Assembly: GCA_964524515.1 (NCBI GenBank) | Contig: CAZGEA010000001.1 | Coordinates: forward strand, 233,522-297,521 | Length of the DNA: 64,000 nucleotides | Origin: an uncultured Gammaproteobacteria bacterium | Lineage (GTDB): Bacteria; Patescibacteriota; Microgenomatia; UBA8517 | Direction: 5' to 3' | Shown: in pieces, positions 17,742 to 26,257 of the stretch | Numbering within the stretch: the stretch's first letter is position 1 | How the letters are laid out: each line of letters opens with the position of its first letter | The notes under the pieces: generated by a model | What the model saw: the letters and a program-made list of their open reading frames with translations, nothing else | Database searches by the model: none | Told to the model about the DNA's origin: nothing | Made by a program: the position numbers and the translations under genes

Positions 17742-19126
17742 TAGATAATATTTTCCCATTAAAACTTCACTTAACAATTCTTCAACTAGAAGAATACAAA
17801 TCTTGGAGATTTATTAGCTGGATAATCAAAAATCCATCAATGCGTTTTGTAGAAACAAAAAAACCACTAAAAATAACTCAAAAAATAAAAATGATAATAG
17901 TTGCTGGATTTATTTGGTTGGTACTTTTTTCTTTTATTTCTTATTTATTATTTTCAAATTTTTTTGTGTCTTTAATTATTAGTTTATTATTAGCCACCCA
18001 ACCATGGATATTCATCATCCTTGGTCTATTCACAATTTTGCCATATGAATACTTTAATAAAATAAAAACTGTCAAAGAAACAAATTCAAAAATAAATAGT
18101 ATAAAAAATCTTAAAGTAATTGGAATATCAGGTAGTTACGGAAAAACTTCCACAAAAGAACTTTTATATCAATTAATTAAAGATGAATTCAAAACTTTAA
18201 GAACACCTGATAGCTACAACACAATATTCGGCATCGCAAAAGTTGTTAAATATGAATTAGATAAAACATATCAAGTATTTATATGCGAACTAGGTGAATA
18301 CAAAATTGGCGAAGTTAAATATTTAAGCAATATGGTAAATCCAAAGTATGGATTAATTACTGGAATTACTAAGCAGCATTTTGAAAGATTTAAATCAATT
18401 GATTCAATCACCAAAACTGTTTTTGAATTAGCGGATTTTATTGCAGATAAAACAAAAATTGCATTAAACATTTCATCTAGAGAAATTAAAAATGAATCAA
18501 AAAATTATCCCGATTCAATAAAATACGGAAATGACAATAGTAATGTATATATCAATAATGTAAATTTTGGAAAAGAATCAACTAATTTAAACTTAATAAT
18601 TAATAAAAAATTATATAAAGTAAAAACCAATCTATTTGGATTCTCAGCTATAAATAATTTATGTGGAGCAATTGCAGGTGCTCTAATTTTAGAAATTGAT
18701 GTTAAAAAAATTATTGATAAAATTCCTAATTTAAAACCATTTGATCATAGATATGAACGTGCTCAACAGGGTAAAACTACAATAGTAGATAACACTTATT
18801 CAAGCAATATTGTGGGTTTCAATGAAACTATTAAAACTGCATCAACAATAAAAGGAACAAAAGTATTAATTACTCCAGGAATTGTTGAATTGGGATCTGC
18901 AGAATTTGATGCACATCAAGAAATTGGAAAAAATTTAAATGGTGCTTTTGATAAAATAATTTTGGTCGGAGAAAATAATAGAACTAGAGCTTTAAAAAGT
19001 ACTATTACAGACAAAAATGTCTTAATAATTAATGATACAAGAAAAGAATATCAAGAAATATTAAATAATTTAATTGGAAAATATGATTGGATATTTCTAG
19101 AAAACGATGTCACACAAAATTATTAA
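17738..19126 (+). CDS. Mur ligase family protein, MurF-like, with the canonical N-terminal domain replaced by a roughly 110-aa region containing 2-3 predicted TM helices
   Basis: ATP P-loop VIGISGSYGKTSTKE, a Mur ligase middle domain, and a C-terminal DNTYSSNI (MurF DDSYNANP-like) plus LITPGIVELGSAEFDAHQEIG. N-terminal hydrophobic stretches MIIVAGFIWLVLFSFISYLLF and FFVSLIISLLLATQPWIFIILGLFTIL. Confidence 0.7.
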   Translation: MIDNIFPLKLHLTILQLEEYKSWRFISWIIKNPSMRFVETKKPLKITQKIKMIIVAGFIWLVLFSFISYLLFSNFFVSLIISLLLATQPWIFIILGLFTILPYEYFNKIKTVKETNSKINSIKNLKVIGISGSYGKTSTKELLYQLIKDEFKTLRTPDSYNTIFGIAKVVKYELDKTYQVFICELGEYKIGEVKYLSNMVNPKYGLITGITKQHFERFKSIDSITKTVFELADFIADKTKIALNISSREIKNESKNYPDSIKYGNDNSNVYINNVNFGKESTNLNLIINKKLYKVKTNLFGFSAINNLCGAIAGALILEIDVKKIIDKIPNLKPFDHRYERAQQGKTTIVDNTYSSNIVGFNETIKTASTIKGTKVLITPGIVELGSAEFDAHQEIGKNLNGAFDKIILVGENNRTRALKSTITDKNVLIINDTRKEYQEILNNLIGKYDWIFLENDVTQNY

Positions 19127-20310
19127 GCCTTAGCACCTTTTGAACCACCTGAAGCAAATCCACTTAATGCATTATTTGAAAAAGTAGTTGTCAATTTTTG
19201 TTTTGCTTTATGTTTTACAATTGCATAATCAATCAATTTATCAAGAAGTTTTGTAAAACTAACTCCCGACTCCTTCCAAAGATAAAATGATAAAGATCCA
19301 GGCATTGGATTTATTTCATTAAAATAAACTTTCTTCTCATCGTTACTCATTAAATAATCGATTCTACAAATTCCAGAACCACCAATTTCTCTGAAAAAAT
19401 CTTTAGAATATTTTTCGACTCTCTCAATTACATCTTTTTTAACTTTTGCAGGAACTATTCTTTTAAGTGATGCCATACCTTTTGACTTACCAGATTCACC
19501 AATATATTTATCTTCAAATGACAGCACACTACTCGATTTTATTGGTTCTTCACAAACTGAACATTCATAATTTCCAGGAACTCCAATCACTGAAATATTA
19601 ATTTCTCGAGCATTTTCAAGTGATTCTTCAATAATTGCTTTACTGTCGTAATAAAAACAAACATTTAGAGCATTTATTAATTCTTTTTCATTTGTAACGT
19701 GAGTTACACCAATCGAAGAGCCCAAATTAACTGGCTTTACAAAAACAGGAAAATTTAACTTTGTTTTTATTTTTTTAATTACAGATTTTGTATCATCTTC
19801 CCATTCATATTTATCAACCCAACAATCTTTCATTACAGGCACATCAACAGATCTTGCAATAGTTTTACTAAGAACCTTATCCATGGAAATGGCAGAGGAT
19901 CGCACATCACAACCCACATACGGAATATTCATTAATTCAAAAAGTCCCTGAACTGATCCATCTTCTCCATGTCTGCCATGAAAAACAGGAAACAAAATAT
20001 CAATTGGATCTTTAATCATTGATTTAAAAACTGTAAATGCTCCAGGTTTTTCAATAGTATAAGGAGATGTTGGATCAGGCATTAGTGAAGATTTTTTCAT
20101 TGATTCAATCTTTTCGATATCACGAAAAGTTTTAGGATCAAAAAAACTATTGTCGCCGACAATCCATTCACCTTTTTTAGTTATATAAATAGGCAAAACA
20201 TTATACTTTTCCTTATTCAGTGCATTAAGCACTTGAATTCCAGAAATTATAGATATTTCATGCTCAGTCGATCTCCCCCCAAACAATACTGCAATGTTTA
20301 ATTTATTCAT
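19123..20310 (-). CDS. ddl: D-alanine--D-alanine ligase (ATP-grasp)
   Basis: IAVLFGGRSTEHEISIISG is the N-terminal Ddl signature. ATP-grasp motifs ICRIDYL and YFNEINPMPG are present. Confidence 0.9.
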   Translation of the reverse strand: MNKLNIAVLFGGRSTEHEISIISGIQVLNALNKEKYNVLPIYITKKGEWIVGDNSFFDPKTFRDIEKIESMKKSSLMPDPTSPYTIEKPGAFTVFKSMIKDPIDILFPVFHGRHGEDGSVQGLFELMNIPYVGCDVRSSAISMDKVLSKTIARSVDVPVMKDCWVDKYEWEDDTKSVIKKIKTKLNFPVFVKPVNLGSSIGVTHVTNEKELINALNVCFYYDSKAIIEESLENAREINISVIGVPGNYECSVCEEPIKSSSVLSFEDKYIGESGKSKGMASLKRIVPAKVKKDVIERVEKYSKDFFREIGGSGICRIDYLMSNDEKKVYFNEINPMPGSLSFYLWKESGVSFTKLLDKLIDYAIVKHKAKQKLTTTFSNNALSGFASGGSKGAKA

Positions 20311-20342
20311 TTTAATTACTAATTATATTTTACCATGACTCT

Positions 20343-21359
20343 TTATTTTTTTACCCAAGGTAGTTTGCCATCATTTCGAGATTTAACATAGTCAATAAAT
20401 TCAAAATACCTTTTTGGATTAATAAACATGCTTCCATTTCCTGTTCCCAATTCCCAATCCTTACCTTGAAAATCACTTCCCCCCAACACCAACTTACCAC
20501 GTTCTCTGCAAACTTTTAAAACATTAATTGGAATATCTAATTTACTCCCACTATTACCCAAAGCACCCCCATGCCAGGCCATAATACCATCAATTTCACC
20601 TGACATTAAACTTTTCCAGACATCAATATCGAATGCACCTTCAGGTGAATAAAGAACAACACCACCCGCTTGATGAACTTGATCAACTACTTCCGAAAAA
20701 TGCTTTTGAACAGGTAAATATCCAGGTCTATTTACTGCAAAAAACAAATTGTACAAAAATTTTGCATCAATTCTCTGAGGGCTATTGTAATATTCATTTT
20801 CTCTACATGTATCAATTGTTTTATTCCAAATTTCATAATTAGATGCTTTTAATTCTTGAACAATCTTTTTGTTTACATCATCAGACGATTTTGAAATTAT
20901 TTCACAAAATTTAATAGCTTTTTCGCTCGTCTCTCCATTTAAAAGACTTTTCATTATATTTAGTTCTTCGTTACCTAAATTTAAAAATGAAAAACCATTA
21001 TTTTCTAAAAAACTTTTTTGCTCTAATGCAATTTCCTTATTTTGAATACTTGAACCCTTAACTGAAAAAAGTGGAATATCATCAGGATCAAATCCCAAGC
21101 AAATCAAATCAGCTCGTTTTCTTTCGTTACCTAAAAAAGTCGTGTACTCAGCTCCTGGCACAATTGCAACACCAATTTTATTTCCATATTCAATAAAATC
21201 ATGCATGTAAGGGGAAACATCTGATTTAGCCAAAAGACCAATAGCAACTACTCCTTTATTCTTTGCCATATCAATTAAAGAATATGTTGATTGTGCATCA
21301 TCCAATATATCGTAATGCACATGCATATCTACTCTTTGTTTTGGCGCATTCTCATTCAT
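20343..21359 (-). CDS. PHP-domain metal-dependent phosphoesterase (putative)
   Basis: RVDMHVHYDI (PHP motif I, HxH) and VPGAEYTT (G-x-E motif). Confidence 0.5.
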   Translation of the reverse strand: MNENAPKQRVDMHVHYDILDDAQSTYSLIDMAKNKGVVAIGLLAKSDVSPYMHDFIEYGNKIGVAIVPGAEYTTFLGNERKRADLICLGFDPDDIPLFSVKGSSIQNKEIALEQKSFLENNGFSFLNLGNEELNIMKSLLNGETSEKAIKFCEIISKSSDDVNKKIVQELKASNYEIWNKTIDTCRENEYYNSPQRIDAKFLYNLFFAVNRPGYLPVQKHFSEVVDQVHQAGGVVLYSPEGAFDIDVWKSLMSGEIDGIMAWHGGALGNSGSKLDIPINVLKVCRERGKLVLGGSDFQGKDWELGTGNGSMFINPKRYFEFIDYVKSRNDGKLPWVKK

Positions 21360-22096
21360 CTTATTTTATTCTTTGCATTTTCATATTCTTCTGGTGTATT
21401 AATACTCTTCCATTCATTTGTATCTTCCAAAAGATAACTTCTAATTAATTCATTATATTTACGTGAAAGATAAATCAAACCTGATGGAAGTGGATATTCA
21501 TTTGAATTGGGATTTATTGGAAACTCGCCATTATATCTTTTGATCCACTCACTATTCAAACAAAACGCCCCACAAAGAATAAATCGTTGATCATTAATAT
21601 TTTCTAAATTTTCTTTTGTAATAATATCTTCAACAATTCCGTCACCACTAATTCTTAAACCCCCAAGCTGATTAGAAGCTGTTGTACGAGAAACAAGCAT
21701 TGTAATCTTTGAATTTTGCAAATAATGATAATTTACAAAATTTGAAAGAGTATTTAATGAATAAAAACTAGAATCATCGGCAAAAAGCAATAAAAAATCG
21801 CTCTCATTAATAAATTGAGAATCCAAAGCTACATGTAAAGCATGGCCTGTTCCTAGCAATTCTTTTTGAATTACAAATCTAACTTGAGGAAAATCTCTTT
21901 TTACAACATCCATTACTAAATCCGCCTTAAAACCAACAACCACAACCACAGTTCCCAAATTATCTAATTTATACAAATTTTTCAAAGATTTAATAATTAT
22001 TGGAGTACCATCTATTTCAAGTAAAGCTTTAGGAATATCTCCCCCCATCCTTGTTCCTCGTCCAGCAGCCAAAATTATTGCAGCAATTTTTCTCAT
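21356..22096 (-). CDS. Stand-alone sugar-1-phosphate nucleotidyltransferase resembling the GlmU N-terminal (uridylyltransferase) domain, with no LbH acetyltransferase domain
   Basis: AAIILAAGRGTRMGGDIPKALLEIDG (NTP_transferase G-loop) and LGTGHALHVA (the GlmU LGTGHA motif). 246 aa. Confidence 0.7.
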   Translation of the reverse strand: MRKIAAIILAAGRGTRMGGDIPKALLEIDGTPIIIKSLKNLYKLDNLGTVVVVVGFKADLVMDVVKRDFPQVRFVIQKELLGTGHALHVALDSQFINESDFLLLFADDSSFYSLNTLSNFVNYHYLQNSKITMLVSRTTASNQLGGLRISGDGIVEDIITKENLENINDQRFILCGAFCLNSEWIKRYNGEFPINPNSNEYPLPSGLIYLSRKYNELIRSYLLEDTNEWKSINTPEEYENAKNKIR

Positions 22097-22127
22097 TTAA
22101 GTTTATATTTTACCATTGGAATACAAA

Positions 22128-23834
22128 TCAATTCTCTGGCCTTATCCCCATATAAGGAAAAACTTCTCTTGAAATATTAAACCATAATGGTGCAGCGGTT
22201 TCTGATCCCCACTGAGAGGTTTGAGGTTCACGCAGTATTACTAACATCACAAATTTCGGATCATTGGCTGGAGCAAATCCCACAAAAGATGCAATTGTTT
22301 TTGTAGGATCATAATGTCCAGCTACCGGAATCTGAGCAGTTCCAGTTTTTCCAGCAATCAAAAATCCCTTTGGCACGGCCCATTTCGCCTCACCACTTTT
22401 AACAGCTGCCATCATCATTTCAGTGACTTGTTTTGTAGTCGAACTCGACAATATTTGTTTTTTATCTAAATTTTCAATATTTACCTTTCCGGAATCAGTT
22501 TGAATTTCATTAACAACATGTGGCTTAATCAAATATCCACCATTTGCAATTGATGCCATGGCACGTATCATTTGAATTGGAGTGACAGCAATTCCCTGTC
22601 CAAAAGTTGCAGTTGCCAAATCAACTATATTCCACTCATTTGGTTTTCTAAATGGTGGCACTGCCTCTCCCTGCAAATCAACACTTGTTGCAGTTCCAAA
22701 TCCATACTTCCCAAAATAATTAATCAAATTATCTTTACCTAATTTATTCCCCACAAATACCATCCCAACGTTATCTGAATGAACCAAAACATCAGTCATT
22801 GTTGAATTTGGATAATACTCTTTATTCCACGTTTCAATAAAATATTTATCAATTTTGTATGACCCAAAACAAATATCACATTGTGTCTGGGGTGAAATTA
22901 CATTTGTATCAATTCCAGCAGCCATTATAAGCGGTTTCATGATTGATCCTGGCTCAAATGAATCAGAGATAGCAGGATTTTTAAACTCTTCGTTACTGTA
23001 TTTATAATATTCACGAGGATCATATGTAGGGCTTGAAGCCATTGCAAGTATTTCACCTGTTATTGGATTCATAGCAATCACGGTTCCCGATTTTGCACCA
23101 TATTTTGCAATTCCTTCTTGTAACTTTTTTTCAATAATTTGTTGAAATCTTTTATCAATTGAAGTTAAAAGTGTTACACCTGGACGTGCGAGTACATTCT
23201 TTCGAGTTCCAGAAAACAAAGGTGCCCCAAGTGCATTTGATTGTCTAGCAACGATTCCTGAATTTCCTGTTAATTCAATATTATAATATCCCTCAAGTCC
23301 AAAATATCCCATATCATAGCCCTTATCACTTTTTCCAACAAAACCCAAGACTTGTGCTGAACTTGATGCTTCAGGATAATATCTATCCTGAATTGGTTCA
23401 AAAATAACTCCGGGGATATTCAATTTTTCAATTTCTTGTTTTTTATCTCTATTTATTTTTTGTTTTATGGCAATCCAAGTAGATTTTGTTGAATCAATTA
23501 CTTTTGTTATCCTATCGCTTTCAATCTTTATTCCAGCTGAATCAGTAGATACTAAAATTGGAGCCATTCGAGCAGAAAATTCATATGTATTCATATCAAA
23601 AACATTTTTATCAACAATTAATTTATATGCATCAACTGTAATTGATAATGGTGATCCATCTCGTGCTAAAATTTCACCTCTTGGAGCATCTATTGTAGTT
23701 TCAGTTTGATATTGCTCACGAGCATATGAAGATAACCTCTCAGATGCAATTAATTGCCAATAAAAAAGACGCAAGACTAGAAGTCCAAAAAAACTAAGTA
23801 TTCCTATCCAGAGTATTGTTATTCTCCTATCCAC
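22128..23834 (-). CDS. ftsI: Class B penicillin-binding protein (FtsI-type transpeptidase)
   Basis: N-terminal TM anchor. Transpeptidase motifs SIMK (SxxK), SDN (SxN) and KTGTA (KTG). In the dcw position downstream of ftsL. Confidence 0.9.
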   Translation of the reverse strand: MDRRITILWIGILSFFGLLVLRLFYWQLIASERLSSYAREQYQTETTIDAPRGEILARDGSPLSITVDAYKLIVDKNVFDMNTYEFSARMAPILVSTDSAGIKIESDRITKVIDSTKSTWIAIKQKINRDKKQEIEKLNIPGVIFEPIQDRYYPEASSSAQVLGFVGKSDKGYDMGYFGLEGYYNIELTGNSGIVARQSNALGAPLFSGTRKNVLARPGVTLLTSIDKRFQQIIEKKLQEGIAKYGAKSGTVIAMNPITGEILAMASSPTYDPREYYKYSNEEFKNPAISDSFEPGSIMKPLIMAAGIDTNVISPQTQCDICFGSYKIDKYFIETWNKEYYPNSTMTDVLVHSDNVGMVFVGNKLGKDNLINYFGKYGFGTATSVDLQGEAVPPFRKPNEWNIVDLATATFGQGIAVTPIQMIRAMASIANGGYLIKPHVVNEIQTDSGKVNIENLDKKQILSSSTTKQVTEMMMAAVKSGEAKWAVPKGFLIAGKTGTAQIPVAGHYDPTKTIASFVGFAPANDPKFVMLVILREPQTSQWGSETAAPLWFNISREVFPYMGIRPEN

Positions 23835-24094
23835 GCAAGTGTAGAAACAGACTTAATATATATAATATTTGTTGGGTTTTTCATTAATTTTGCCAAATCA
23901 GAATTAGTTAGTTCTGATAAAGATGAATATTTAAGTAAATTTGATTCAACTAATTTGTTTTCTTTAGATAATTTCGCCAATTCCTGATAAGAATTTGTTA
24001 GTCCTCCACCCATAGATCCTGATGCAATCGATGTTACAACATTTACTACGATTAAAACACCAAATAATATAATTATTAAAAACTTTTTATTCAT
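23819..24094 (-). CDS. FtsL-like small bitopic division protein (putative)
   Basis: 91 aa with an N-terminal TM helix and a coiled-coil-like tail. It lies between rsmH and ftsI, the conserved ftsL position. Confidence 0.5.
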   Translation of the reverse strand: MNKKFLIIILFGVLIVVNVVTSIASGSMGGGLTNSYQELAKLSKENKLVESNLLKYSSLSELTNSDLAKLMKNPTNIIYIKSVSTLAWIGE

Positions 24095-24960
24095 TTTTTC
24101 TCAATCACTCTAAACTTTGCACTTCTCGATCTCGGATTTTTTGTAATTTCATCATCTTTTGGCACAATAATGTCATCAATCAATATTCCTTCACCACTTT
24201 TTACAAACTCAACAAATTTATGTTTCACCACCTGATCTTCAAGTGAATGAAAACTAATTATTCCCAATCTTCCAGTACTTTTTAAAACTGAAAATGCATT
24301 TGGAATGTATTCTTTCAAAGAATCGATCTCAATATTAACAGCAATCCTAAGTGCCAAAAAAGGTAACGTTGCTTCATTTAAATGTCCATGTCTACCCATA
24401 ACTTTGCGAACTACCTCTAAAAAATCTCCAACTGTCTCAAATTTTTTAACAATTCTTTTGGAAACCACCTCACGAGCCAAATGTGTAACTGCCAAACCAC
24501 CCATGACATCACCAAACATTCGTCTCAATTGATCCTCACGCAGTGCATTTAACAAATCACTAGCTGTTACAGATTGACTTCCTACATCGAGTCTCATGTC
24601 TAAAGTCTGTGATTCATCTTTAAAACTAAAACCTCGCTTAGATGAATCAAGGTGCACGCTACTTATTCCTAAATCAGCCAAAATTGCATCAGCGTCACTA
24701 AAATCATTATCTTTTGCAATTTTATCTATATTTCTAAAATTCCCATGAACAATAGTTAACTCATTACCTATATATTTTTTGAGTCTTTCAGATGCCAGAT
24801 CAATCATCGATTGATCTGCTTCAATAGATAATACTTTAGCTCCATTTTCTAGAAAGAAAAGTGTGTGTCCGCCATAACCTAATGTTGAATCAATTACTTT
24901 AAAATCCTTTTTAACGTTCAAATAATGCAAAGCCTCGTCTTTTAGTACTGGTTCATGCAT
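24091..24960 (-). CDS. rsmH: 16S rRNA (cytosine1402-N4)-methyltransferase RsmH/MraW
   Basis: MHEPVLKDEALHYL...IDSTLGYGGHT (RsmH N-terminal signature) and a SAM-binding fold. Confidence 0.9.
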   Translation of the reverse strand: MHEPVLKDEALHYLNVKKDFKVIDSTLGYGGHTLFFLENGAKVLSIEADQSMIDLASERLKKYIGNELTIVHGNFRNIDKIAKDNDFSDADAILADLGISSVHLDSSKRGFSFKDESQTLDMRLDVGSQSVTASDLLNALREDQLRRMFGDVMGGLAVTHLAREVVSKRIVKKFETVGDFLEVVRKVMGRHGHLNEATLPFLALRIAVNIEIDSLKEYIPNAFSVLKSTGRLGIISFHSLEDQVVKHKFVEFVKSGEGILIDDIIVPKDDEITKNPRSRSAKFRVIEKK

Positions 24961-25396
24961 TATATTTTTTACTTTCAGTCAATTTTTCCATAATCTCTGA
25001 CGAATTTTTCGAAATTTCACGGTCTTTTGCTATCCATTTATCTTGATCCCAAACTTCAACACGATCACCTAATCCTAAAAAAACAATATTATTAGAAAGC
25101 TTTGCATATTCAACCAAAAGATGAGGAAAAACTACTCTTCCTTGCTCATCTGTAGTAAGTTCATACGCAGATGCTAATAAAAATCGGTCAGTATCACGAA
25201 TTGATGCAGTAATCATTGCATCTTTTCCTTTGATCTTATCCAAAATACTTTCCCAACTACTAGCTGACGTGATAACTAAACAATCTTCATACCACTTAGC
25301 TATAATCATTTTCTTTCCTAAAAAAGTTCTAAATGCTGCAGGAATTGCGCTTCGATGCTTTAAACTTAATATTGCATTATAAGTTCCAATTAGCAT
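24953..25396 (-). CDS. mraZ: Transcriptional regulator MraZ. The start is moved to the ATG at 25396; the track ORF begins at a GTG at 25408 inside the likely SD region.
   Basis: MLIGTYNAILSLKHRSAIPAAFR, a second repeat with DEQGRVVFP (the duplicated MraZ fold), AGGAG 8-12 nt upstream of the ATG, and position at the head of the dcw cluster. Confidence 0.8.
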   Translation of the reverse strand: MLIGTYNAILSLKHRSAIPAAFRTFLGKKMIIAKWYEDCLVITSASSWESILDKIKGKDAMITASIRDTDRFLLASAYELTTDEQGRVVFPHLLVEYAKLSNNIVFLGLGDRVEVWDQDKWIAKDREISKNSSEIMEKLTESKKYNA

Positions 25397-25490
25397 TTTA
25401 TTCACCACTCCTCACCACCATAATCCATTTTGAAGAGTTTTCACAGTTATGTCAAGAGGAATTTATGCACAAAAATGCATATTTCACAAA

Positions 25491-26225
25491 TTAATTTGAG
25501 ATTATAAATACTTGAGGAGAAACTGAAACTGAAGAATCCAAACTTACCCAGTTACCACCAGAATAATAATATGCATTGGCTGAATCAACAGTCCCTTTAA
25601 GATCAGATTCAACTGTAAAAACTCCATAGGGACCATAAGTTATTTGTTTATCAAATGCATTTAATGTACCAAAAGTATTCATTACAACAAAATAGCCTTT
25701 TGGTTGTTTGGAAAATGTAAATTTAAACATTGAATCAGATGAAACACCTTCTTTAGTTTTTGAAAGGAGTACAAAATCATTAGCTTTTCTACCCAACAAT
25801 TTTCCTTGTGCATCTCGAATCGTTAACGTAAAAACTCCATTATTAACTCCTTCATCATATCTAAATTTTCCAGATGATTCAGAACCTAATAAAAGTTCAC
25901 GTTCAATCATTGTTTGACCATTCAACTTAACAGATCCAGGCACCCCTTGAGTTCTTCCGTCTTTAACTTTATAAACCAATTCATAATCAACTGAATTAGC
26001 ATTGGCAATCTTAATATTTTCAATCTTCATCTTCAAAAAATGGCCATCATTAGTTGGAGTAAGGGAAACAAATGGCATTTGATCCTGTGGTATCTCAACA
26101 ACAACATCTTCATCATCACTACTATCCGGCTTAACTGAATCAGATTTATTTAAATTTTTAAATAGAGTCAAAAGTAAAACTAATGCTGCAATTATTACTA
26201 CAAAAATAACAATTAATTTCTTCAT
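25491..26225 (-). CDS. Secreted/membrane-anchored hypothetical protein
   Basis: N-terminal signal/TM helix (LIVIFVVIIAALVLLLTLF) and a beta-rich Ser/Gly/Thr composition. No recognisable motifs. Confidence 0.6.
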   Translation of the reverse strand: MKKLIVIFVVIIAALVLLLTLFKNLNKSDSVKPDSSDDEDVVVEIPQDQMPFVSLTPTNDGHFLKMKIENIKIANANSVDYELVYKVKDGRTQGVPGSVKLNGQTMIERELLLGSESSGKFRYDEGVNNGVFTLTIRDAQGKLLGRKANDFVLLSKTKEGVSSDSMFKFTFSKQPKGYFVVMNTFGTLNAFDKQITYGPYGVFTVESDLKGTVDSANAYYYSGGNWVSLDSSVSVSPQVFIISN

Positions 26226-26257
26226 TTATCTATTTTGACTAAAATATGACCTATTTG

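Noticed and set aside
17738-19126. Calling the TM-anchored Mur ligase PgsB/CapB (poly-gamma-glutamate synthetase)
   Set aside because: The C-terminal motifs (DNTYSSNI, ELGSAEFDAHQEIG) and the ddl/mraY neighbourhood fit MurF better. No pgsC/pgsA partners are present. The call is left as MurF-like.
25403-25420. GTGGTG-N4-AGTGGTG direct repeat (minus-strand sense) that looked like MraZ GTGG-type operator boxes
   Set aside because: It sits only 7-20 nt upstream of the mraZ ATG and includes AGGAG, so it is the Shine-Dalgarno region plus an in-frame GTG, not a promoter-proximal operator.
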